From: Synechocystis sp. PCC 6803 substr. PCC-P
GTDB taxonomy: Bacteria > Cyanobacteriota > Cyanobacteriia > Cyanobacteriales > Microcystaceae
Direction: 5' to 3'
DNA: 32,000 nt
Assembly (NCBI RefSeq): GCF_000284455.1
Contig: NC_017039.1
Location: forward strand, 1,710,001-1,742,000
Part shown: one piece after another, positions 9,668 through 17,999 of the stretch
How positions within the stretch are numbered: position 1 is the first letter of the stretch
Layout: each line of letters begins with the position of its first letter
Program-made: the position numbers and the translations under genes
Notes under the pieces: generated by a model
The model's input: the letters and a program-made list of their open reading frames with translations, nothing else
What the model was told of the DNA's origin: nothing
Databases searched by the model: none

Positions 9668-10153
9668 CTAGGCCGCCTGCAAGCAATCCAGTAAAGGTTG
9701 CCAGCGGAAAACCCGATCGCCGCCCATTTCCAACACCACTTTCAGTTTGGGCACTCTTTTGGTGAGACTAATTAAGTCTTGAATTTCGGTTTGGGAGAGA
9801 ATATAACCTTCCAAAATCCACAACACCAAACCTTTACTTTGGGCCGGTAAATTTTCCAACTGATAACCGGCGATCGGCTGGGCAAAATAAATCGGTCCCA
9901 CCGCTCCTTCTTGGGCAATGTTTTTCTTACCTAAATGGGCCGGACGTACTCCATGGACTTGCATCAAATAGGCTTCCACGTCCCCCAAACCCCTTGCCGA
10001 AAGGGATATACTGGCGTAGCCGTTGGCCCGTAGGCGTCTTTGGTAACGACCTTCATAACCACCTTCTAGGGGGGCATACACTGCCAAAGCCCCGTCGTTT
10101 TCTAGAGCGCGGATAAATCCTTTTCCGTTAGCAATTAATGGCAATGGCAACAT
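9668..10153 (-). CDS. ndhN: NAD(P)H-quinone oxidoreductase subunit N
   Basis: Sequence recognised as the cyanobacterial NdhN family: MLPLPLIANGKGFIRALENDGALAVYAPLEGGYEGRYQRRLRANGY...LTKRVPKLKVVLEMGGDRVFRWQPL. Confidence 0.88.
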   Translation of the reverse strand: MLPLPLIANGKGFIRALENDGALAVYAPLEGGYEGRYQRRLRANGYASISLSARGLGDVEAYLMQVHGVRPAHLGKKNIAQEGAVGPIYFAQPIAGYQLENLPAQSKGLVLWILEGYILSQTEIQDLISLTKRVPKLKVVLEMGGDRVFRWQPLLDCLQAA

Positions 10154-10377
10154 AGCAATGATGGCGATAATTATAAGTTATGGAAGCCTAGGACAGACTA
10201 AGTTACCCACGATTTTGACACACTCTCTGGGCAAAGCAAAGATGGGCTGCCAAGATTTTCTGGGGTTTATCCCAAAAGCAAAAACCCAAATCTTCCCTGG
10301 CCTGTGGCGGTGGAAATCTGGGTTCAAAAGGTTCTTAGATTTAGCTAATAAGTAGTGCGGTAATCAAGCCTGAGTTA

Positions 10378-11034
10378 CTAGCCCTTAGCGGCGGCGGCCA
10401 CTTCTTCCGCAAAGTTGGTTTCTGCTTTTTCGATGCCTTCACCAAGGTTAAAGCGGATAAAGCGACGAACTTGGATGTTTTCCCCCAATTCGGCGATCGC
10501 CTGTTTAACCAACTCTTCAATGGTGAGATTTTGGTCTTTGATGTAGGGCTGGTCTAGCAAAGATAGCTCCTTGAGGCGTTTATCAATGCGCCCTTGGACA
10601 ATCTTTTCTTTGATATTGGCGGGCTTTTTGCCCAGGTCGTCGCGCCCCATTTCAATTTCCTTCTCTTTAGCCACCATTTCCTGGGGAATGTCGGCTACGC
10701 TAACGTACTCCACATTGGGACAAGCGGCAATCTGCATGGCCACATCGTTAACCAAATCTTTAAAGCGATCACCCCGGGCGACAAAATCAGTTTCGCAGTT
10801 AACTTCCACCAACACGCCAATGCGGCCACCAAAGTGGATGTAGCTATGGACCAAACCTTCGGCCGCGGTACGGCCAGATTTTTTATCAGCGGAGGCAATG
10901 CCCTTCTGCCGGAGCCATTCAATGGATTTTTCTAAATCACCCTCATTTTCCTTTAGGGCTTTTTTACAGTCCATCATGCCTGCGCCGGTTTTTTCACGCA
11001 GTTCCTTCACGAGTTGAGCGGTAATTTCTGCCAT
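10378..11034 (-). CDS. tsf: Elongation factor Ts
   Basis: [33 protein letters not shown]...[25 protein letters not shown]; downstream of rpsB. Confidence 0.98.
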   Translation of the reverse strand: MAEITAQLVKELREKTGAGMMDCKKALKENEGDLEKSIEWLRQKGIASADKKSGRTAAEGLVHSYIHFGGRIGVLVEVNCETDFVARGDRFKDLVNDVAMQIAACPNVEYVSVADIPQEMVAKEKEIEMGRDDLGKKPANIKEKIVQGRIDKRLKELSLLDQPYIKDQNLTIEELVKQAIAELGENIQVRRFIRFNLGEGIEKAETNFAEEVAAAAKG

Positions 11035-11187
11035 GGTTATCGTTCCTAATCAGTTTTTCTATGATTGCACGGTAATTATTGGGCTAAGGGAAAAAAGTGA
11101 TGGTCAACACCAGCTATATTTTCCCCTAGTACTGGGACTGGGTTTGCCCTGCCCCATCGGTGAGAAAAAGGAAAAAAGGGACAAAAT

Positions 11188-11997
11188 CTAAGCTTCTGGA
11201 GTGGCTGCAACTTCTGCTTCGGCCGCTTCTTCCACTTCCTCAGCGGCTTCTACTTCTAGATTATCTCCATCCAAACCTTCGTCAAACTCTTCGTAGTCAT
11301 CGCTGACATCCGGTTGACCATGGCGACCTTCATAGATTGCATCGGCCAGTTTGCCCACAATCAATTTGATCGAACGGATGGCGTCATCGTTAGCGGGGAT
11401 AGGCACATCGACCACATCTGGGTCACAGTTGGTATCCAACATGGCAATGATGGGAATACCGAGCTTTTGGCATTCATGAATGGCGTTATGTTCCCGCCGT
11501 TGGTCCACGATTACCACCACGTCGGGGAGCTTGCGCATATTTTTAATACCGCCCAGGTATTTTTGTAATTTGCCCAATTCCCGCCGGAGCATGGAGCCTT
11601 CTTTTTTACCCCGACGGTCAATGCCGCCACTGGCTTCTAGGGCTTCCAATTCCTTCAGGCGATCAACCCGTTTGCGGATGGTTTCCCAGTTGGTGAGCAT
11701 TCCCCCCAACCACCGTTGATTGACGTAGTGAGCTCCACAGCGTTGGGCTTCCTGGGAAATGATGCCAGCGGCTTGGCGCTTAGTGCCGACAAATAAGAAC
11801 TTTTTACCGTTGATGGTGGAAGAGCGGACATACTCATAGGCATCTTCCATCAGTTGGGCGGTTTGCACCAGGTCAATAATATGAACACCATTGCGGGCGG
11901 TGTAGATATATTGATCCATGCGGGGGTTCCAGCGGCGGGTTTGGTGGCCGAAGTGAACACCAGACTCTAGCAAATCTGCGAGAGAAACTACGGGCAT
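11188..11997 (-). CDS. rpsB: 30S ribosomal protein S2
   Basis: [46 protein letters not shown]...[18 protein letters not shown], with an acidic C-terminal tail. Confidence 0.98.
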   Translation of the reverse strand: MPVVSLADLLESGVHFGHQTRRWNPRMDQYIYTARNGVHIIDLVQTAQLMEDAYEYVRSSTINGKKFLFVGTKRQAAGIISQEAQRCGAHYVNQRWLGGMLTNWETIRKRVDRLKELEALEASGGIDRRGKKEGSMLRRELGKLQKYLGGIKNMRKLPDVVVIVDQRREHNAIHECQKLGIPIIAMLDTNCDPDVVDVPIPANDDAIRSIKLIVGKLADAIYEGRHGQPDVSDDYEEFDEGLDGDNLEVEAAEEVEEAAEAEVAATPEA

Positions 11998-12221
11998 GTT
12001 AAATTTTCTCCTATTCGGGTTTATCCTTCATCCAAGGGAATTTCCGCCTGTGGCAGAAACACCCGAAAGCTTGGATGTGCGAATTTTTGACAACCTTTCC
12101 AGTTTAGCAGGCGATCGCCCCGATTACCCACGCTTACCACTGGGAAATAAACTCTGTTGCCTTTAATCCAAATCGACGACAATCTTCAGTCAGAACAACC
12201 AAAAATTTGATTCGTTTTAAG

Positions 12222-12294
12222 TCCAGGGTACAGGAGTTGAACCTGTCTAGGGCGAATTATGAGTTCGCTGCCTCAACCGCTCGGCCAACCCTGG
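12222..12294 (-). tRNA. trnI-CAU (tentative): tRNA with CAU anticodon; features favour tRNA-Ile2 (lysidine-modified CAU) over elongator Met
   Basis: Hand fold of the reverse complement: CCAGGGT/ACCCTGG acceptor, GCC/GGC D-stem, GCGAA-CTCATAA-TTCGC anticodon arm, CCTAG variable region, ACAGG-TTCAACT-CCTGT T-arm, discriminator A, 73 nt. The AACTCATAATT anticodon region and TGGCCGA..GGTT D-arm resemble chloroplast trnI-CAU. Confidence 0.88.
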
Positions 12295-12479
12295 TAATTG
12301 GTTTGTGGGAAAGCGCCCAGGGATATATTCTAAACCACTGCCTACCACCCAGGAGAGTGATCAATAATTTCCCCTAGGAGGGATTGTTTAATCTTGGCAA
12401 ATTGAGATAATTTTGAAATTTCCTGGGGCATAATAAATCGAACTATCCAAAAAACCGCTTCAATGGCGATCGCCAGGTT

Positions 12480-13598
12480 ATGTCCACCAAAAGTAAGATT
12501 TTTCTTGTCCTGTTAGTTTTTTGTCCCCTCTCCTTTGCCGCCCACTGGTTGGGTTGGGGGGAAACGACGGTGTTCATTTTGGCTGGTTTGGCCATTGTGC
12601 CCCTAGCAGCCTTCATGGGCACGGCCACGGAGGAAATCGCCGTGGTAATCGGTCCTAATGCGGGGGGCCTGCTCAATGCCACCTTCGGCAACGCCACAGA
12701 ACTAATTTTGGCCTATATCGCCCTAAAAGAAGGGTTAATCGAGGTGGTCAAAGCCACCCTGACAGGATCAATTATTGGTAACTTACTGCTAGTAATGGGT
12801 TTTGCCGTCTTCCTGGGGGGATTGCGCTATAAGGAACAAAATTTCCAACCCCTCGCCGCTCGCTTGAATGCATCCACCATGAATTTGGGGGTAGTGGCGA
12901 TTCTGTTACCCACAGCCTTGCAATACACCTCCACGGGGGTGGAGGAAACGGTTTTACAAAATCTCTCTGTGGCCGTGGCCGTGGTGTTAATCGGTGTCTA
13001 CCTCCTCTCCTTGGTGTTTTCCATGGGAACCCATGCCTATCTGTACGATGTGGGCGTGGCCGAGAATATGGAGATGCCCGAACTCGGCGAAGATGTATCA
13101 GAACCGGAACCTCCTACGGAAGAAGAAAAACCCAATCTTTGGCTTTGGACGGGAGTTTTATTGGTAGTCACCCTAGGGGTAGCGGTGGAATCGGAATTGC
13201 TGGTGGGTTCCTTAGAGGTGGCCACGGAATCCCTGGGATTAACTGCCCTGTTCACCGGGGTAATCGTCCTACCCATTATCGGTAACGCTGCCGAGCACGC
13301 CACCGCCGTCACTGTGGCCATGAAAGATAAAATGGATCTCTCCATGTCTGTGGTGATGGGGTCGAGCCTGCAAATTGCCTTCTTTGTGGCCCCAGTCTTG
13401 GTCATCGTCGGCTGGGCGATCGGTCAGCCCATGGATTTAAACTTCAATCCATTCGAGTTGGTAGCGGTATTGGTGGCAGTTTTGATTGTCAACTCTATCA
13501 GTAGTGATGGCACTTCCAATTGGTTAGAGGGCATCCTGTTGCTTGCTACCTATGCCATTGTGGCCCTGGCCTTTTTCTTTCATCCCACCCTGGTCTAG
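12480..13598 (+). CDS. cax: Ca2+/H+ antiporter of the CAX/CaCA family
   Basis: Duplicated CaCA motifs: GNATELILAYIALKEGLIEVVKATLTGSIIGNLLLV and GNAAEHATAVTVAMKDKMDLSMSVVMGSSLQIAFFVAP. Confidence 0.92.
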   Translation: MSTKSKIFLVLLVFCPLSFAAHWLGWGETTVFILAGLAIVPLAAFMGTATEEIAVVIGPNAGGLLNATFGNATELILAYIALKEGLIEVVKATLTGSIIGNLLLVMGFAVFLGGLRYKEQNFQPLAARLNASTMNLGVVAILLPTALQYTSTGVEETVLQNLSVAVAVVLIGVYLLSLVFSMGTHAYLYDVGVAENMEMPELGEDVSEPEPPTEEEKPNLWLWTGVLLVVTLGVAVESELLVGSLEVATESLGLTALFTGVIVLPIIGNAAEHATAVTVAMKDKMDLSMSVVMGSSLQIAFFVAPVLVIVGWAIGQPMDLNFNPFELVAVLVAVLIVNSISSDGTSNWLEGILLLATYAIVALAFFFHPTLV

Positions 13599-13624
13599 TA
13601 GTTGATGAGTGATCTCTTCCAACT

Positions 13625-14212
13625 CTAAACCCGGGGTAGTGTAACTGATTGGGGCTGATTTTGATATTTGCCCCTTCTGGTTTCATAGCTAATATCGCAG
13701 TCTTCCCCTTCAAAAAAGAGTAACTGTACGATGCCTTCGTTGGCGTAGATACGGCAATCAGCACTGGAGGAATTGGAAAATTCTAGGGTGAGGTGACCAC
13801 ACCACCCCGCTTCCCCCGGAGTTAAGTTGGCAATAATACCAGCCCTGGCGTAAGTACTTTTACCAATACAAAGTACGGTTACATTAGCAGGGATGGCCAA
13901 TCTTTCCACTGCAACTCCCAGGCCGTAGGAGTGGGCTGGCAAAATAAAATAACTGCCACTGTCATCCCTGTGCAGTTGGGTAGCTTCCAAATTGTGGGGG
14001 TTAAAGTTTTTGGGATCAACTACAGTGCCCGGAATATGGCGAAAAATGCGAAAATCCGCCGCAGAAAGCCTAATATCATAACCAAAACTGCTCAGACCAA
14101 AGGAAATAGCCGGTTGTCCCTCTATTTGCCGCATTAACTTGGGTTCAAAAGGCTCAATCATGCCTTGGGCAGCTTGAGCACGGATCCAAATATCATTCTT
14201 AATCATGGGCAA
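13625..14212 (-). CDS. dcd: dCTP deaminase
   Basis: SFGYDIRL, LCIGKSTYARAGIIANLTPGEAGWCGHLTLEFSNSS and ANEGIVQLLFFEG motifs. The start may be the first or third codon (MPM). Confidence 0.94.
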   Translation of the reverse strand: MPMIKNDIWIRAQAAQGMIEPFEPKLMRQIEGQPAISFGLSSFGYDIRLSAADFRIFRHIPGTVVDPKNFNPHNLEATQLHRDDSGSYFILPAHSYGLGVAVERLAIPANVTVLCIGKSTYARAGIIANLTPGEAGWCGHLTLEFSNSSSADCRIYANEGIVQLLFFEGEDCDISYETRRGKYQNQPQSVTLPRV

Positions 14213-14432
14213 AGTTCAGGGAAATAAAGCGGCAATCATTATAGCTGCATCAATGGCGATCGCCGACGGGAATAATTTGAGCTAGTCTTGAATTGATCTG
14301 ATCAATGAAATGATTAATCAGGAGAAAAACTGAAAATGTTTGTTATCACCGACGAATTTTGGCTTCATCAAATAAATTTTAATACTATGATTTGTGAATA
14401 AATTTATGGAACAGTAAATATCAACGATTATA

Positions 14433-15378
14433 TAGTAGTTTCAAATAAAGCTGAGACGCTAAACGCCACAGTAAGAACGGATAATTTCATCAAGAGACGT
14501 GTCAATAGGAGCGTACATTCTAGCTCGTTTCAAGGCACTAAAGTCATGCTCAATATCATTTAAATCAGGAGAATATTTCGGCAAAAAAAGAACTTCATGA
14601 CCTGCTTCTTTAGCCAATTCTTTAATGGCAGTTTTACGATGAATAGGAGCATTATCCATTATTAATATTGATGGAATGTCGAGGGAGGGTAGCAAATATA
14701 ATTTTAACCATCCTTCAAAGCCTTCTGCATTCAAACTCCCGGTAAAAACCATCGGCGCAATCAAATCTTTTTTTCCTTTTCTTCTCCCTGCTACTAGATT
14801 TTCTCTGACTCCCCTTTTTCCTTGTCTATCTCCATAAACTTTTTTTCCTTTTTTTGACCAGGCATAAATACAAGCCTGGATTGCTTCGAATCCAGATTCA
14901 TCTATGTAAACTATAGCTTGACTACCATAGAGCTTAATTAGTTCTCTTAACATTCTATAGTACTTAACTCGTTCCTCCCGGTTTCTTTCTCGATAACGTA
15001 GTTCTTTTTTTTTCTGTTTATTTTCATTTTCTTTAATGCGTAATATACGGCACTCGGCCTCACTCCAAATTTCTTGGCTCTGTCTATCAATCTTGCATCG
15101 GGATTTTCTTCTACGTCTTTTTTTAGAGCTTCCCAGTCTAATTTCCTATGGCGACGCTCTACTTTTGTTGGGCTTAAATCTACTCTATTTAACCATCTGT
15201 ATATCGAGGCTTTTCCTATTTTATATATCTTGGAAGCCTCAGTTATTTTTCCTCCAGCTTCTATATAAGCTACTACCCTTTGCCTTAAATCTAAACTGTA
15301 AGCCATTGTTTAAACCTGTTCATTTTGTACACTCCATAATTTTACATTAAATTCTCTCATCGTTAATTGAAATGACTA
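14433..15378 (-). mobile_element. ISY100-like IS630/Tc1-mariner insertion sequence, about 946 bp, flanked by TA target duplications
   Basis: Left end TA(14431-14432)|TAGTAGTTTCAAATAAAG; right end, reverse complemented from 15380, TA|TAGTCATTTCAATTAACG, giving imperfect terminal inverted repeats next to TA dinucleotides. It encloses an IS630-type transposase. ISY100 is reported as about 947 bp. Confidence 0.85.
14459..15306 (-). pseudogene. IS630-family transposase split into two frames (14947..15306 and 14459..14953) by a 1-nt deficit at an A8 run
   Basis: The upstream frame ends ...MKINRKKKNYVIEKETGRNELSTIEC*. Adding one A gives ...MKINRKKKELRYRERNREERVKYYRMLRELIKLYGSQAIVYIDESGF..., joining cleanly to the second ORF. 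Span is 848 nt, one short of 849. Confidence 0.85.
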
Positions 15379-15724
15379 TATTTTTAAAATTTCTAGAAAC
15401 TTAGCTATAAAGTCTTAATTTATCGCCTCTAGCTAAATTGTTTAAAAATAATATAAGTAGGCGTAGTCAGAACTACAATTTGGAGAAATTTTAACTGATT
15501 ATGTTATTTCATTATTATCTAAATCTGTCCCGGTCGAAATTGAGAATCTTTTAACTGTTCTAGGCGGAAATTTCCAGCTCTAGCGATGGGTGAGCGTGAG
15601 GCAGGGAACTGCGATAACCTAAAATTTGACTAAATTAACCCCTGAAGAATCAGAATTATCTCACTGACAGGCCTAAAAAATTTCCTATAATTGACAACAA
15701 GCTCATTTTACAAGCAGGTTCAGC

Positions 15725-16327
15725 ATGTCAAACCAACGGGATTACACGCTCATTATTGATAAAAGCGGTAGCATGTCCATCATTGAGCCAAAATTCCAAA
15801 AAAGCCGATGGGAGCTAGTTCAAGAATCAACCCTCGCCCTTGCCAGAAAATGTGACCAGCTAGATGCTAACGGAATCACAGTGTACACTTTCTCCGGCAA
15901 ATTCCGCCGTTATGACAACGTTAACGCATCTAAAGTGGAGCAAATTTTTCAAGAAAATGAACCAGTGGGTGGTACTAATCTCACCGCTGTGTTACAAGAT
16001 GCGCTCAATAATTTTTTACAACGAAAAAAATCTAATCAGGCTCCAACAGGAGAAACTATTTTAGTCATTACGGATGGAGAACCCAATGACCGTAGATCCG
16101 TTTTTGAAATCATTATCCAAGCCAGTAAGTGTCTAGATGCGGATGAAGAATTAGCTATTTCATTCATGCAAATTGGGAATGATCCCAGTGCCACCAAGTT
16201 TCTCCAGGCCCTTGATGATCAATTAATGGAAGTAGGAGCCAAGTTTGATATTGTTGATACGGTAACCTTTGATGAAATGGAAGACCTAACTTTAACTGAA
16301 GTTTTATTAAATGCTATTGAGGATTGA
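15725..16327 (+). CDS. von Willebrand factor type A (VWA) domain protein
   Basis: 200 aa: MSNQRDYTLIIDKSGSMS (DxSxS MIDAS motif), GGTNLTAVLQDAL and LVITDGEPNDRRSV. Confidence 0.88.
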   Translation: MSNQRDYTLIIDKSGSMSIIEPKFQKSRWELVQESTLALARKCDQLDANGITVYTFSGKFRRYDNVNASKVEQIFQENEPVGGTNLTAVLQDALNNFLQRKKSNQAPTGETILVITDGEPNDRRSVFEIIIQASKCLDADEELAISFMQIGNDPSATKFLQALDDQLMEVGAKFDIVDTVTFDEMEDLTLTEVLLNAIED

Positions 16328-16343
16328 AACCAGATATTTTATT

Positions 16344-16769
16344 ATGAATAACTCCGATTCCATTGACTCTATACTGGCTGACCTCCGCCAAAAATATATT
16401 GAAGAGCCAGAAACGCTATCTAGTAATCCAGCTATAGCTTCTACTTCAAATAAGGAGCAAAAACATCCAACTTTAGATATTATTTTAAATGAATTAAAGC
16501 AAGGTTTTAAGGTTAATTATTTTTCCGAAAAAACGCCTAAAATTCAAGCTACATTTAAACAAACATCCGAATCTTTAAACCCAGAATTAAAAAAATTAAT
16601 TGATCACCAAGAGCAACAAAGACAGGCAATTATCGCTCAAAAAGCTCAACAATGGCTAGAGCAACTTGACCCACTGTCTGGTGAGGGAATTTGGTTTGCG
16701 GATTTAGCTAAGCATTATCCCTCTACCCTAGCCGCGGCAATTGCTTTATTAAATAACGAATCAACCTAA
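16344..16769 (+). CDS. Uncharacterised 141-aa protein immediately downstream of the VWA gene
   Basis: Open frame from ATG at 16344 (MNNSDSIDSILADLRQKYIEEPETLSSN...LNNEST), 16 nt between the VWA stop and this start. No family recognised. Confidence 0.7.
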   Translation: MNNSDSIDSILADLRQKYIEEPETLSSNPAIASTSNKEQKHPTLDIILNELKQGFKVNYFSEKTPKIQATFKQTSESLNPELKKLIDHQEQQRQAIIAQKAQQWLEQLDPLSGEGIWFADLAKHYPSTLAAAIALLNNEST

Positions 16770-16797
16770 CGTAGTCTTAATTATTAAAATCACAAAA

Positions 16798-17334
16798 ATG
16801 ATTGACATTGTAAAAGCAGATCTTAATTCAGCTGTCCATGCAGAAGCAATGATTCAATTGATGAATGAATATGCCTGTGATCCCATGGGAGGAGGAGAAG
16901 AATTACCCAATTATGTTAAAGCAAATCTGCCAGCAGAACTTGCTAAAAGACCTTCTGCCCACATTATCCTCGCCTTTGTTGATTCTAAACCTGCTGGTCT
17001 TTTAGTATGTCTAGAAGGATTTTCTACTTTTGCTTGCAAGCCATTATTAAATATTCATGACGTCATTGTTTCTTTGCCTTATCGTGGCAAAGGTTTATCA
17101 AAATTAATGTTGCAAAAAGCAGAAGCCATCGCTTTAGATTTGGGCTGTTGCAAACTCACCTTAGAAGTACTGGAAGGAAATCATGTTGCCCAATCAGCGT
17201 ACAGATCATTCGGGTTTGGGAATTATGAGCTAGATCCCCAAATGGGAAAAGCATTATTTTGGCAAAAAAAGTTACCGGACATATCTACATTAGATAGTCA
17301 TGTGTCATCAATAATGATAAAGCAAGATAGCTAG
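16798..17334 (+). CDS. GNAT-family N-acetyltransferase
   Basis: LLNIHDVIVSLPYRGKGLSKLMLQKAEAIALDLGCCKLTLEVLEGNHVAQSAYRSFGFGNYELDPQ, the GNAT acetyl-CoA binding region. Confidence 0.88.
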   Translation: MIDIVKADLNSAVHAEAMIQLMNEYACDPMGGGEELPNYVKANLPAELAKRPSAHIILAFVDSKPAGLLVCLEGFSTFACKPLLNIHDVIVSLPYRGKGLSKLMLQKAEAIALDLGCCKLTLEVLEGNHVAQSAYRSFGFGNYELDPQMGKALFWQKKLPDISTLDSHVSSIMIKQDS

Positions 17335-17459
17335 TTTCCTCTATTTAAATTGGCGATCGCCTAGGATTTAGATAACCATAACTAATCGATAGATAATTCC
17401 GGTTCCAGCGATAGAATTTCAGAAATTATGGAGATTTCTCAGTGAATCATTGGGTTTAG

Positions 17460-17897
17460 ATTAAAGCAACAGTTAAAGCTGGTTATGGAGTTGCTTCCGG
17501 TCAGTCTGGTGATCAACGTTTCCCTGGGGGAACTATTGCTATGCAAAAGCCCTTTTTTGGGAAGCATGGATTAAATTTAGATGATTATTACTTAGGCACA
17601 ATTAACTTAAGCATTGCGCCTCATCAATACAAAATAAAGCTAGCCAAATATACCTTTAAAGAAATACAATAGTCAAGTAAAGATCCAGCGGAAGATTTTT
17701 CTTTTTTTGATTGCCGTATCATTGCTACTGATGCTCAAATAGTTAACGGTCTAATTTATTATCCCCATCCCGAAACCAAGCCTGAGCATTTTCAACCGCC
17801 AGATATTCTAGAATTTATCGGAGCCTTCATTCCTAACTTATACTACGATGACCAGATAACTATTGAAGTTGATTTTAATCAAATTGAAGTTTTTTAA
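17460..17897 (+). pseudogene. Disrupted ORF of unknown family: no clear start, one in-frame TAG at 17670, not in the supplied ORF track
   Basis: Frame from 17460: IKATVKAGYGVASGQSGDQRFPGGTIAMQKPFFGKHGLNLDDYYLGTINLSIAPHQYKIKLAKYTFKEIQ*SSKDPAEDFSFFDCRIIATDAQIVNGLIYYPHPETKPEHFQPPDILEFIGAFIPNLYYDDQITIEVDFNQIEVF*. Protein-like composition continues on both sides of the stop. Confidence 0.72.
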
Positions 17898-17999
17898 AAT
17901 TCCACTAGAAATAATCAATAACTAAAAACCAATTTAGCCTGTAACTAAAATCATGGATACATTTCATACCAGAATCGTTGAATCGCACTTATGTACGAC

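Noticed and set aside
10571-11843. Antisense and alternate-frame ORFs over tsf and rpsB
   Set aside because: tsf and rpsB are certain; these are shadow ORFs of highly expressed genes.
13037-13405. 122-aa minus-strand ORF inside the CAX exchanger gene
   Set aside because: Antisense shadow ORF, Thr/Ser-rich and low in complexity. Similarly 12443..12697 (within or upstream of cax) and 13546..13764.
14947-15306. Short ORF as an independent regulatory protein of the insertion sequence
   Set aside because: It is the N-terminal HTH part of the transposase. One-nucleotide restoration joins it directly to the second ORF, so a separate gene is unnecessary, although a truncated DNA-binding product remains possible.
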